From the NCBI GenBank assembly GCA_013239625.1, contig MU054187.1, positions 20,118,897 to 20,182,896 on the forward strand: 64,000 nt of DNA, in the 5' to 3' direction. The DNA is from Lama guanicoe (lineage: Eukaryota). Below are positions 1 through 13,207 of the stretch, one piece after another (the stretch's first letter is position 1; each line of letters starts with the position of its first letter). A program made the translations under genes and the position numbers. The notes under the pieces were generated by a model. It did no database searches. It was given only the letters and a program-made list of their open reading frames with translations, and was not told the DNA's origin.

Positions 1-90
1 AGAAAGACAGGCATACAGGGGGACACACTATGAGCATGAAGGTGGCCATCTGCAAACCCAGGAGAGAAGCCTGGAACAAATCCTCTCTTA
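1..90 (+). mobile_element. MaLR (MLT1-like) LTR fragment, cut by window start
   Basis: 'tgaaggtggccatctgcaaacccaggagagaagcctggaacaaatcct' resembles the MLT1 LTR core and the MLT1 copy at ~44700-44830. Confidence 0.6.
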
Positions 91-129
91 AGATGTTTTG
101 TGAAATGACATTGTTGTTACTATTTTAAA

Positions 130-590
130 ACAAGAGAAATCTCAAATAAGCATTCTAACTTTACACCTAAAGCAACTAGAGAAAGAAGAACAAACAAAAC
201 CCAAGATTAGCAGAAGGGAAGAAATCATAACGCTCAGAGCAGAAGTCAATGAAACAGAGACTGAAAAAAACAGTAGAAAAGATCAATGAAACTAAAAGTT
301 GGTTCTTTGAAAAGATAAACAAAACTGATAAACCATTAGCCAGAATCATCAAGAAAAAAAGGGAGAGGGCCCAAAACAATAAAATCAGAAATGAAAAAGG
401 AGAAGTTACAACTGACACATCGCAGAAATAAAAAGGATCGTAAGAGACTTCTATGAGCAAATGTCCTCCAATACCATGGGCAGCCCAGAGGAAATGGACA
501 GATTCTCAGAAAGGAGAAATCTGCCAAAACATAACCAGGAAGAAATAGAAAATGTGCACAGATCAATTACCCATGCTGAAATTGAATCAC
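130..590 (+). mobile_element. LINE-1 ORF2 internal fragment (post-endonuclease region)
   Basis: ORF 249..431 contains [29 protein letters not shown]...[12 protein letters not shown], typical of L1 ORF2; frameshifted. Confidence 0.93.
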
Positions 591-1188
591 TGTTCTAACC
601 TCTTAGATTACAGAGTGGCGCTCGATTATATTTGTCATGGACTATGCTTGGTTTAAACGAAAGTAATTTGCTTGTGTATACATACACCTGCACAGCTGAC
701 TCCTCTATATTTTTGTGTATTAAGAAGAACTCTCAGAAAGTTTGAGTTTAATGCAGTTCCTGTATTTTTTCTTTGTTCATAATGTTGCTTAACTATAAGT
801 CCTTAAACTTTTTTCTTTTAAATAGTAATAATACTGAAGTGAATATAACATTGATCTTTCATATATTCTCTGAAATAAGAGTTGCTTTTACTTTTTACTT
901 TAACTCTGTTAGTTGAAGTAACTGAGATGAGATGAAGAGGATACAGATTCTGTCTTAATTGTTTGCTTGTCTTCTCTATCTCTTATGATTGAAATGTATT
1001 AAAATTGTAAGAATGACAGTAACAGAATAACTCATCAGGAGAATTAATTTTTTAAAATTATTCTTACTATCACTTATAACCTCTGAGAACATGCTGTTAC
1101 AGGGAATTATACTTTACCATACTTTAAGGCTGAAAAGTAATTGTAATCAGACAGCAATTGGGGATTATTTAGAAATACTCTTTTAAAA

Positions 1189-1454
1189 TACAAACTTGTT
1201 GTTGCCAAGGGGGCAGGGGGTGGGAAGGGACAGACTGGGATTTCAAAGTGTAGAATAGATAACAGGATTATACTGTATAGCACAGGGAAATATATACAAG
1301 ATCTTGTGGTAGCTCACAGCGAAAAAAAAATTTGACAGTGAATATATGTTATGTTCATGTACAACTGAAAAATTGTGCTCTACACTGGAATTTGACGCAA
1401 CATTGTAAAATGACTATAGCTCAATAAAAATATTTTAAAAATTTAAATGAAAAA
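1189..1454 (+). mobile_element. 5'-truncated young LINE-1 3'UTR with A-rich tail and 18-bp TSD
   Basis: Highly similar to the 3'UTR at 12950-13200; agaaatactcttttaaaa repeated at 1171-1188 and 1455-1472. Confidence 0.92.
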
Positions 1455-3239
1455 AGAAATACTCTTTTAAAAATTATTTCCATAGAAATTATTAATAACT
1501 TAGAGGCTTCCTCATTGCGAGGGAGCTGAAAGAGAACTTGTTATATATGCATTGCAATGTCATTATTACAGTGTCCCAGAATATATGCATCTGTTGAATG
1601 CCATAAAAATTATTTGGAAAATAAGAACTTGAATGTAAAAATGTCACTTAAATTACCATCTAGTCCCATCCTGGCAAAAGGCATTCAGCAAACGGAAGAA
1701 GGCGTTTAATTTTCACCCAGTAATTACATGCTCTACAGTATTACCTCCAGAATACGTTTTTCCCTGAGTAATACCTTTCCTCTATTCTCCAACCACAAGC
1801 GCCCTGTGGTAATTGTCATGATGTCTGATTCACTGGCCGCAGTATCGTCATGCATAGTTTTAATTAAGTCTGGAAAGGCGCACTTTCGCGCCGCCGGTGG
1901 CCCGGCATTCTCAGGCTGCGGTCCTGGTACCCAGCTTGTAACCGTCCTCTTGCTGTGTTAAACGGCTGCTCGCTGTGTATGGCTGTTGGACTTGACCTTT
2001 TCATCCCCGAGTGTTCATACTAACAGAAGGGAGAGTGGCTGAGAGGCCTCACTGATGCAATCATTGGGCTTGATTCTTAATTCAGAGTATGGTGGTAATA
2101 ATAGTTCTCAGCTTAAGCACAATCCATTTTAAAAGTTCTATAATTGCTAAATTATAATAATCATAATCATGTGAGGTGACTGCAAGGGAGGAGATCAGAA
2201 AATACACTTCCCAGTTTTAAAAGGATTTTTATTTTATCCGTTTCTGAGCGTGTCTGCTTGAAGCAATATACAGCCAGTATTTCAATTATGCAATTTTCAA
2301 GAGGCTATTGCTACAATCACTTGGAAATAACGCTCATTCCATTACATCCAGCAAAGTGATAGCATGTGAGCCAATGTTTGGGTCTATTGACAATCAGTAG
2401 CTGGATAGTAGCAAATTCTTTTGCGATTGGTTAGGCACTGGCTTAAAAAATAGATGGAAAGAAAAAGTATATTTCCATTTATCAAAAATGAATGATTATG
2501 TCCATTTAGTAAACGGCATGCTTAGTTTGGAGATCATCTCGTCTTGTGCAAAGATGAGACTCTCGTGGCTTCATCACATTAAAGAAGATTGTTGGCGATT
2601 TAATTTATTAAATATTATTTTTAACCTTGGGGCACTTGACTTAATGTTTTCTTCACCTACTGTGAGCTGAACTAGAGTCTGAATGTTTTAACCCTTTGTA
2701 GAGTCTTGGTAGATATACTCCAACTCAAGTGTTTAAAAGATCTTTAGATATTAGTAATTAAAAATGCAATGTTCAAGAAGTTATTCCTAAGTAGAAGGAG
2801 AATTTCACAGTTTCATATAACAGCAAACCTAAACTTAAAGAAGATTAAAGTCTGAGTAGTGTCATAATGTAGTCTGAGAAAGAGTAATGACAGATACATG
2901 TTGGTGAGTTCCCCTCAGTATTATGAGCTGATTAAAATAGCATACTTAAAATAGTCTAGTAAATATTGATAAGCAATGAGTATGGCTCAGAAATATTAAG
3001 CAACAGATAAAATTTCATGTTTATTACAATGGTAATACTTGCATCAAGTCTCTGAAGAAGCACAGATTTTGAAGTTTAAACACATTTTTGAGATTATTTT
3101 AATTCCTGTATTTTCTAGATGATTAAACTGAAGTTCAGAGGTGCTAGAAATACCAACGGTCACAAATCTAGATAGTAACAGAACCAGGAATGCTACCCAC
3201 TCTTCCATTTCCAATGTGTTTTCCTAGCCACAAAGACTT

Positions 3240-3420
3240 AGTTTAGAATCCTATGTGTATCATCCAATATTCTGGGGACCTTGGGCAATTTATCTAAATC
3301 ATACAGGACCAAGGTTTCCTCGTTTGTAAAGGACGAAAAAATATGAGAAGGGTTGATGAGTGTTTTAAAAAGCGTAGTTGTATGGTAGATAATGAAAATC
3401 GGTAGACGTTATTACTACTG
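3240..3420 (+). mobile_element. MIR SINE remnant
   Basis: 'gaccttgggcaatttatctaaatc...gtttcctcgtttgtaaa' resembles the MIR core. Confidence 0.5.
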
Positions 3421-5559
3421 ATGGCTATTTATGTGACCTTAGCAAGTTTTAAATCTCCATACAATTGAAAGAAAAAGTATAAACCAAGGACCTCTTGAGA
3501 TTTTTCTGGATGAAGGGAATACATTTTTCTACGGTGTCCCTTCTGTTCATAGACAGTAGCATTTTGGGGGGTCCCTCACTAGTATTTGATCATTTAAGGG
3601 AAGAATTTGAATTCAACTCTTTTCCAGTCCTTGGTGTTACTCAAGGGTTGAAAACCCACAAAAGTGTCTATTTTCTTTAGCAGAGGTGCTTAGTGGGAAG
3701 TGGGAGAGCTTAGTAGGTAGTGAGAATGCATATTTGAGATGAATATTTAACTTCTTGTAAAAAAAAAAAGGTGGATGGCTAAAGAGCTCTCTTTGCAAAA
3801 CAGGAGGATGGAATCTGGGGGTACAGAACATTGTCTCTGGTGAAGGAAGGAGATTCAAGGAGAGGAAATGCAACCAGCAAGGAGCCGTGTATTGGGAAAG
3901 GGCTCAATAATTTTGCCAACACATCTAGCTAATTTTAAAATTTATTCTACTGAAGTATATTCAATACTGCCATAGTAAGTAGAATTTGAAATTGATTTTA
4001 TCTTTCCTTTAACCAAAAATTACTATCAAAACCTTAGCTGTACAGAGTTATGCTAACAAAAATCAAAATGACCCTGTTAATGATATTTTGATGCAATTTG
4101 AATATTCCAGGCAAACTGAAAGAATGGTGCCTAGGAATCGTTATTCCAAAGATTAAAGTCTCTCCCCCTGCATTTTCTAAAACATAACCTGGAAAAAAGG
4201 CAACAAGAGCCAACTGGGTGACTGGCAGGGGACCGGCAGAGGGACCGCAGAATCCTCGCCAGTGAATTTCATTGCTGCCACATGGGATGGTCCTGCTCCA
4301 TTCTGTAAGAGCCTGTCCAGGGCTGATCCTCTCTAAGTCTGTGAATGGGACAGTCATTCTGTACTATAGAGACGATCACAAGCTTAAAGGCTGACAAAGT
4401 AATAAAACACGTAGAGAGAATAACAAGCTCTGTTTATGTTGCTTTCTGTTCCAATATATTTCGTCCCATGACATGTGAAAATGAGCTCGTTTTGTGTGTG
4501 TATGTGTACATAGTACTTATACAATATGCATGTGTCGATTTATACTTATATGATATATTTATATACGCACATCTATTTATCACTCTCTAGATAGGTAGAT
4601 TGATAGATCAGAAATCACCCTCTACTCCAAGATTAAGTCAAGAAAAAAAATAAAAAGAAAAGAACAGAACAAATCACATGTTGAATCTTCAGTTTCCCTA
4701 ACGTTGCATTGGCCATAGTAAGCCACATAGCCCAGCCTGGCATCAGTGGGGCAGAAAAGTATAATCATCTTCCAAGCAAATTGCAGTAACCAAATACAAA
4801 AAAAATACAGTCTATCTCAGACAGGAATTAAAGTATATCATTTGCTGACAGATACATAGTTATTAGGTTAAAGAAATTGAATCAAGCATTCTATATTCAA
4901 AAGTCCTCAATGCCTCAATTTATAGAAGTGATTAAATGTGGTTGAAAAACAGAAATAAAACTATTTTTTCCAAAGAAAACATACATATGTAAATAAATGG
5001 AGGTTATTATACCCATTATAAAATCCTCAATTATACCACCAAATTCTAGAAATTGTAGGGAGTTTGGGGACTGTCCCAATTTCTTACTAACTGATGAAGT
5101 TTCAGAAAGAACTTCATCTACTATTAAATCTAAGTTATGTTAATAGGAAGTGTATTGAATTAATTTTGTGACAGTTACTTTAGTCCAATTAAAGTAAGAA
5201 ATAACTGTGACATAAATAGCTTCACAGTACAAAATAGTGATACCTGACAAATGGCAGGAAATGGTTTTGTACCATCCCTCCCATTACTCTGTCCTGAGAG
5301 GCAAACTGCTTGTGTTAACTCCATGAGAGACCTGGACAGAAGATCTATTTGAGAAGTGGCAGTAAGCAGTGGCCTCTGCCCCTAACCCTCATCTCTACCC
5401 CACTTCCACTTTTTATTCGTCAGTATAGAAACTGTACAGGCCTGGGTATAAATGGATTTGAAGGACCAAAAGATGGTTCATTCTGAGAGGTGCATACCCT
5501 AAAGTAAAGTAATATATATATGGGTGCCAAGCCAATCAGTCACTCCACATCCACCAAGT

Positions 5560-6890
5560 GTAAAGGCCTGTGCTAAGACTGAAGGATAAAGTGGAAGGAA
5601 AAGTTTATATTGTTCCTGCATTCTTGGGTATTCAGAGATGCTGTTGATAGTCAGAATACATAAATATATGCAAGTGGGATGGAGGAAACTCTAGCGTGGT
5701 CTTTTTAAAGCAAAGACATAAAGGATGAGTGAGAGTCAGCTAAGTGGAGTGAGGCGGAAAAAAGTTTTATAAGAAAGGACCTGAAACCCTTCTTGTGGGC
5801 TAGAAGCTCATGACAGTCATGTGAGGACTGGAAGCAGCTGGTGGCATGAACTACAAACTAAACAAAGCTGAGAAAGGTCAGCATGGAAGGTGGAGAGAGA
5901 TGGAGGTTAAACCCAGTTGAGAACGCAGAACTAACAAATAATTCAACATAAGATGGGTATTGTGAGCTGGGAGGTGTAGGGTGCTATAAACAATCTAGCA
6001 CAAAAGAATTTACCCCAATCCTAGGAATGAGGAAATGTCTCCACCAAAGCTTGATACATGCAGTGAGAAGTCAGTGAAGACAATAAGGGAGTGGAATATA
6101 CCGTTCTAAGTAGGGGTGACACCGTACGTCACAGGTTGCATCCCTGAGAAATAGATTCTGCCTGCAGTAGGGTATTAGCAAGTGCTCTTGGCGTTAACAC
6201 CTGTTGAGGGGACAGAAACTGGAAAAAGCAGAAGACGTCAAGTTGTGATGCAGTTTCAACAGAAGCCTTGTCCGGCCCTTCTGGGGACTCTGAAATATAA
6301 AGACCTTTCAGAATTGTTAAGAAGTGCATAGAAAGTCAAACTTTTATATCCCTTGTTATTGAGTAATTGAGTGCAAGCAAAACGGGGCATGGCTTCGGGT
6401 GAGGCAATGGTTTTCAGTTGATGTAATCTCTAAAAAGGCTGACAGCTAAGGTAACGTCTTCTGGTAACAATTCCTGAAGCTAAAGTAATAAATCTTTTAT
6501 TTCTGGTATGGGATCTGGGCAACACCTCACAGCATCCACCATACTACGCTGGAAAAACTGGGAGTTAGTTTGATATACTGAAAAGAACCTACGATGCCTG
6601 GCAAAGAAGAAATCAAAAGAATGATGGCACAGCATAAGACTTGATCAGGAAGGACCTTTGCAAACCATGTTAGGATTCTGGACTTCACTTAGAGGTAAAG
6701 AGAAGCCATTGGGGCTTCAAAGTACAGTGGTGACATGGCTAAATTTGAAATGAATGGTCCATTTAGCACCTTGGTGGAAAATAGATTGGAGGAAGCCAGT
6801 AGCGAGCAATTCCGAGTAACCATATAGAACAAGAGTCTAGGTGAGAGAAAATTGTAGCCTGGAGGTAAAATGTTAGTAGGGGAACAGCAT
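5560..6890 (-). mobile_element. Degraded L2 LINE fragments, interrupted by an LTR
   Basis: Purine-rich L2-like segments such as 'aaggatgagtgagagtcagc' and 'gaagccattggggcttcaa...gtgacatg...ggtggaaaatagattggagg'. Confidence 0.45.
6128..6543 (-). mobile_element. ERVL LTR (LTR16-like)
   Basis: 'gtgctcttggcgttaacacctgt...gttgtgatgcagtttcaacagaagcc...cacagcatccaccata' resembles the LTR16 antisense consensus. Confidence 0.55.
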
Positions 6891-6899
6891 AGCTCCATA

Positions 6900-7205
6900 T
6901 GTTGATGGGAAATAGACTGCCAGATATGTCTCTAGCAAAGATGGATTTATTTGGAATCAGCAAAGAATTGCAATTCGGGGTCTGCAAACATGGTGAGCCA
7001 TGTGCAAGTCCCCACACCACAAAGGATGGAGAACGTCTTTATAGAAAGGAAAGGGAAGTTGGGAGGGTGACAGAAAACAGAGACTATGGCTTTTCATTGG
7101 CTGAGTCTTTGCCAGGAAGGAAGAGGAGTTTTTCTTCTTTCTGTTGGATTCTGTTATCATTGCAGGGGTTAACCCCCCCCACAACTGGTCACCCAACTGT
7201 ATTTG
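6900..7205 (-). mobile_element. ERV1-type LTR fragment
   Basis: Starts tgttga; antisense polyA signal (tttatt ~6946); 'gaattgcaattcgggg' and 'ttcattggctgagtc' are LTR-like. Confidence 0.5.
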
Positions 7206-7685
7206 TATATGGAGGTTACTCAAAAAATTAAAAATAGAACTACCATATGCTCCAGCAACCTCATTTCTGGGTACTTCCAAAGGAAATGAAAACAGAATCT
7301 CATAGAGATATCTGCACTCCACATCTTCACCGTAGCATTATTCATGATTGCCAAGATGTGCAAACAATGTAAATGCTCCTCTATGGATGAATGGATTGAA
7401 AAAGATGAATAATAGAATATTATTCAGCCATGAGCAAAAAGGACATTCTGTCATTTTCATTACTGTGGATGGAACATGAGGGCATTATGCAAAGAGAAAT
7501 AAGTCGACAGAGAACAAATACTGTATGATATGGCTTATATGTGGAATCTGATAAAGCCAAACTCACAGAAGAAGTGACTAGGATGGTGGTTATTGAAGCT
7601 GAGAAGATGTGGGGAAAGGTGAGATGCTGGTCAAAGAATAAAAACTTCCAGTTACAAGATGAATAAGTTCTGGGGACTTAATGTA
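7206..7685 (+). mobile_element. Old LINE-1 (L1MA/L1MB-like) ORF2 end and 3'UTR
   Basis: 'aaaatagaactaccatatgctccagca...atatgtggaatct...gatgaataagttctgggga' are L1 3'-end hallmarks. Confidence 0.88.
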
Positions 7686-7817
7686 CAGTCGTCACTAGTA
7701 TCTGCTGGCAACTGGGTCAGGGAGGGCTCCCACCAAGGACTTGAACACCTGTGGATTTTAGTTGTCTGGGGGCAGGTGCCTGACCGAGTTCCCCGTGGAT
7801 ACCGAGGGACGTGACTC
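7686..7817. mobile_element. Short MER2-like (TcMar-Tigger) MITE derivative
   Basis: TA|cagtcgtc...gtatc at the left and ggataccgagggacg..gact.|TA at the right; imperfect terminal inverted repeats. Confidence 0.6.
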
Positions 7818-8599
7818 TACTTGTCTCTGAGCCAAACACAAAATAGCAGAGTAAACACTAGTTATTGATGACTTGCTTTTGGAACAGAGTATTGAAATGA
7901 GACGACTGTTTTGGGAACAAGACGTGTCCAATAATCCCCTGAAAACAATACTGACAGTGAGAAGTATTGTCCAGCTCAGATTTTTGCTTTAAAGTGATGT
8001 CTTTCCCCCGTTTAAGTTCTTAATAATACGTGGAAAGCCAAACAAAGCAAATATATTTATGGATGCTTTCTCTTAAACACTTTCTGTGGAATCTGTTGAC
8101 AAGAAAAATAGCTTAAGAAAAAGAAAGAGAGAAAGAATAAGATTGAGGAAAAAAGATATTCAGTGAAAAGAAATACCCAACCATTAATCAACTGCTGAAT
8201 CCAGAGATTTAACTGAACCTTTCAGATTAGACTTTCTTTAAGCCACTAACAAATGAAAATGACCATATACAGCGTTTCTACCATCATCAAATTTGCATAA
8301 ATTGTTTTTATGTGGTGCTTATGGTATCAAATTTTATTAATCATCTGACATCTACTTTATTTTCTCAGAGTGAAAGGTCTGGAAAAGGTGTCTCTTTCTC
8401 TGTTGAATTTTATTTTTATTCTTTTTACTTTCCTGTATTCTTTCTTAATATTAATGGAGATGATTCATTCATATATATATGTATATATTATCTGTGTGTT
8501 ATAATACTTCATATGCAAACATTGTGTTTTATTTTTCATTTCCTCTCATAATATGCTGATAAGATAACTTAAATTTAAAAAATTATATATGTTTATGCA

Positions 8600-9430
8600 A
8601 GATCTACCAATGGGTGTTAAAATTAGCGAGCCAGTTTTTAAGAGAAAATGATATTTGCATAGTCTCAAAATAATCTTCAAAATATACGTTAATTACAAAA
8701 GGAGGGGGTGGGTATAGCTCAGTGGTAGAGCGCATGCTTAGCGTGTATAAGATCCTGGGTTCAATCCCCAGTACCTCCATTAAATTTTTTTAAAAAGTAA
8801 TAATAAATAAATAAATAAACCTAATTACTTCTCTCCTGCCCACCCCCCAAATAAAGTTATAAAAAATAAAACCAAGGGAAAAGAGTTACTTTATAGTGGG
8901 AAACCGAAGCAGACACCACCTTAAACAGTGGATCATGATTAATTTCCCAGCAGTAGGATGTGTCCCCATCGTACGTGCCCTGATATGACGCACTGAGAAG
9001 GGCATGTCATTTCCACCATGTTTCTGCCAAAAACGTATTACCTCCTCCTAATCATGAGAAAACATTGGACAAACTAAAACTGAGGTACTTGATCAATCCA
9101 GGTACTGGTGTTCGATTCACAAAAGACAAGGAAAGGTCCAGGAACACAGCCTGAAAGAGACCAGGGGGACATGACAGTGATGCCACGTGGGATCTCTGAT
9201 CAGAATCTGGGGCAACAGAAAAGCGATAAGTTGAAAAATTGGTGAAATAAGATCTGCAGACAGGTAAATAACATTGGGCCAGTGTTGATTTTCTGATTTT
9301 GTTAATGATGCAGTTATTGTATCAGACGTTCGTTAACATTAGGGAAAAGTAGATGAAGGTTCTAGCAGAGCCCTCTCTGTACTATTTTTGCTACTTTTCT
9401 CTAAGACTAAAGTTATTTTTTTTAAGTTAA
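8600..9430 (+). mobile_element. L1MC-type 3' end (interrupted by a SINE)
   Basis: 'agacaccaccttaaac...tgatatgacgcactgagaaggg...taatcatgagaaaaca...ctctgtactatttttgctactttt' matches remembered L1MC3/4 3'UTR. Confidence 0.75.
8703..8870 (+). mobile_element. tRNA-derived camelid-type SINE (vic-1-like)
   Basis: A box tagctcagtgg, B box ggttcaatcc, then (AAAT)n, 'cctaattac', C-rich stretch and A tail; same layout at 42083 and 32067. Confidence 0.85.
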
Positions 9431-12400
9431 CCCAGAAAAAGTGCCTGTGTAGGGTTATAGATAATTGTAATTCTCTTTTTCATTTATCTACATTTTTTCT
9501 ATAATGATTAGGAATATATTACTGTTTTAGTTAAATAAAGAAGTTAAAGTTGAAAAAACACGGACCCTCAACCACAGGTACACAATATTCCTGCCAGAAG
9601 TACCCAAGTAGACAAGAGCCCCAAAAAGAGTTGTCTCATTAACAAAGAATCCCGGCAATGGGTAAGGGCTTCAGGAAAGACACATCTTTCAGTCCACAGA
9701 TGAGTACTGACACATACAAATATATGCAAGGGCATCTTTCAAAGCAGCTGGTGTATTGGGAATAATACGGATCTGGAATCTGAAAGCCAACGTTGTCTAC
9801 TACTTACCAATCTTGACTAGATTGTGCTCAAATTAGCTAACTCGAGTCACTATTTATTCCTCAACTATAAAAAAACTAATATTTTTTAGTGGTGGTTTTT
9901 TTTTTTTTCAAGAGTTAAATTACACAAGTTAGTAATGTGCCCTGATAAATGTAAAATGCTCTTCCTTTATCTATTACTATAATTGTTAGAGATCTCCGAT
10001 TGACAAGTGAGCCACCGGCAAACAGAATTCTTTATGATAACAGATCTGAGAAAGTCAGCTGAACTCAATGCCAAAGCCTGTTTTGCCCTCGTTTACCTAA
10101 AGCGTGGCTGCAGGGAAGGCTTCGATGATGACAAGGGAGATGAGTGAGCACTTTTCTTTTTTGAGCCTACCCTTCGGGTGAAATTTGTATGGAAATGAAG
10201 TCATTTGCAGTTCATCTTGATTTTTGTTCCTCTCCTCATACCTTCCTGACCTTCCTTTGCCCCTAAGCTTCTTCAGTGCTGAGTGATGATCGTGTAGGTA
10301 GAAATCATACGGAAAACGTATCAGGCGGGCAGGATGTACTGGGATGCGAGAATTGAATTTTCTTTCAGTGTAAAGCAGTCCTGCCTGTTTAAGAATGATT
10401 TCCCTTTACAGCAAAATCTACAAAAGTGTATTGGGAGAAAAAAAGTTTTCCACTTTAAATAAATTCTGCTGCTTGTGCTTTACGTGAGGAGATTTATGAA
10501 GTTCATTTAAAAAAATTGGCGAAGTAAAGGGAGTTTTCAATCTGAAATGAAGACAAACTAAGGGGAAAAATACCATAAAAATCTATGGAGATCTGACTCA
10601 TCCTAGCCCATTAGCTCAGCCCTGGTGCACGCATACATAATATTGATGCAGGAGTATGGTTTTAAAACCTGATTAGAGTGTAGACTGGGAGCCGAAAACA
10701 TAATGAAAGGAATCAGCTTCCGAGTCCACACCAAATACTGTGCAGATGAGAATGAAGAGAAACAGAGAAGAGTATCTTGTACTTAATCCCTGATTCTCAA
10801 GGGCAAGCGTTTTAAGAAAAGAGAAAAAGATTAAAGCTCGACTCACATACAAAATAAGAGAATTCCATAAATGTAGGGCTTGAAAAAAAAACTCTTCATT
10901 CTTAATGTGAGTTCCAGCTAAGAGATTATCTTCTAACAGCCTAATAAAAGCATTAATAATTGAAAGTTAGTCTACATAGCCATTTCTTAATTCTGATTTA
11001 CATTTTTGACATTTAGATTTGAATTTGTAGTTACAGAGCTCTTACTCCACTCCCTTCCAGCAAAGCAATGATAAAACATTCATATTAAAAATTGTTCTTT
11101 ATTTCTTTCTCTTAGTTGCACAGTCACAATGGGAAGGCAGATCCTAATATAGAGAAAAAGAATGATATGCTACGAATGGATGCATCAGCCTTATATGATT
11201 AGCATATCTTTGCAGGTAATTTTTTTTTTCTCTTGTGAGGGAAAAGCATTCCATACCCTTGTCACATTTCTCAATTCATATAGAGGGAAATGAGTCATTA
11301 GGGACGGGTTATTGTCTGCGGATGAGACAGTCCACTCATCTTGTATTTGCACGCATTTTCCGTTTTAGAGTCTACTCATTGCTCTATGTTACCACGCGTT
11401 GCCTAAGAAATTAAATGTCTCTCTTTGCACCAAGAAACAAATGTAGAGCAGCTTATTCTCTTTTGCAGAGAGGCAGCTACAGCATAGGTAGGAAAAGAAT
11501 TATTCTTAATATAGATGAACAGTGTTTCCCCCAACGTATTGAAAATACCATTTTAGTCTAAGCATAGTGATCCTTAAAGAGAGTCTTGCACAATCATTAA
11601 CGTCAATTTATGTGGGAGGTAATTTGAAAAGACTTTTCGAAAGCCTGGGAAGCCAAGACTATAACACATCTGTTCATTAGCTCTCAGTCTAACTACCGTG
11701 CAGCCATCCACCCCCAACTTCCCGAATCAATGTTCCTATTAAACGGAGGATGTCCTTCTGTGGGCTCTGAGTGCCAAGACTTAGAGCACACAGAGGAGCC
11801 TTATTCTTGGGGTCATCTGTCTGATCGATCAGAGAACCATAAGGGTAGTCAGTATTAATAACTATAAAGACCAAATCAAATAATTAAACCTGTAAGTAGG
11901 ATTTGAAATTGTAAATGCCATAAGCGCAGAAAATGATTAGTCCGTTTGTGACATATCTTATGACCCTAATATGGCAAAGTCATTGATACAGCACATCAGT
12001 GTTTATCAAACTTCTCTTTCTCTTTGGAGCGTTAAGAATGACTGAGTTCCACAGTTTCTATCCCAGATGCAATCTGGTGAACCAAGAGACAGCACAAACA
12101 GCCCAAAGCTGGTTCTAGGCTGTTACCTTTAAAAAAAGAAAAAAGAAAGAAAAGAGTGCATTCAGGTGATGTGTGTTCACTACAGCAGAGTGTTGTTAAA
12201 TTGTCCAGTCCCTTAAAGGCTTAATTCATATTGTGCATAAATTCAGAATCTAAAATCCTTGGCAGATGACAATCTGCTGGTGTGTCTAGGGCGGTGGAGG
12301 GCAGTGAGGAATGGATATCCCACCTATGCAAGAGGGATTTGAAATTTATTAACTTGAAATTACAATTATTTAAATTGATTTTATGAGGTGTAAACTTGAA

Positions 12401-12499
12401 GTCAATGAAGATAAAAATAAATCAAAAATGTAAAAAAATGACCTGGAAGCTTTTTGATTCACCTTCAAAACAATCTTATATAAAAATTCTCAGATTTCA

Positions 12500-13207
12500 T
12501 TCTGGAGAGGCTGTGGAGAAAAGGGAACCCTCCTTCGCTGATGGTGGGGATGCAGTTTGGTGCAGCCGCTGTGGAAAACAGTATGGAGATTCCTCAAAAG
12601 ACTAGGAATAGACTTACCATATGACCCAGGAATCCCACTCCTGGGCATATACCCGGAAGGAACCCTCCTTCAAAATGACACCTGCACCCCAATGTTCACA
12701 GCAGCATTATTTACAATAGCCAAAACATGGAAACAGCCTAAATATCCATCAACAGATGACTGGATAAACAAGAAGTGGTATATTTATACAATGGAATACT
12801 ATTCAGCCATAAAAACCGACAATATAACACCATTTGCAGCAACATGGATACTCCTGGAGAATGTCATTCTAAGTGAAGTAAGCCAGAAAGAGAAAGAAAA
12901 ATACCATATGAGATCGCTCATATGTGGAATCTAAAGACTCATGGACAGAGAATACAGACTTGTGGTTACCAGGGGGGTAGAGGGTGGGAAGGGATAGACT
13001 GGGATTTCAAAATTGTAGAATAGATAAACAAGATTACACTGTATAGCACAGGGAAATATACACAAAATGTTATGATAAATCACAGAGAAAAAAATGTGAC
13101 AATGAGTGTGTATATGTCCATGAATGACTGAAAAATTGTGCTGAACACTGGAATTTGACACAACATTGTAAAATGATTATAAATCAATAAAAAATGTTAA
13201 AAAAAAC
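12500..13207 (+). mobile_element. 5'-truncated young LINE-1 (ORF2 C-terminus, 3'UTR, polyA) with 15-bp TSD
   Basis: ORF 12557..12934 ([13 protein letters not shown]...WYIYTMEYYSAIK) is the L1 ORF2 C-terminus; in-frame TGA at 12539 in the cysteine-rich motif; aattctcagatttca at 12485-12499 and 13208-13222. Confidence 0.97.

Noticed and set aside
1885..1905. CTCF site (gcgccgccggtggcc)
   Set aside because: One base short of the core spacing; not supportable without a PWM scan
8707..8780. tRNA gene (also ~42087-42157)
   Set aside because: tRNA-like heads run into (AAAT)n, a shared SINE body and an A tail; these are SINEs, not tRNA genes
12557..12934. 125-aa ORF as a host gene
   Set aside because: It is the C-terminus of L1 ORF2 in a 5'-truncated insertion with an upstream in-frame stop
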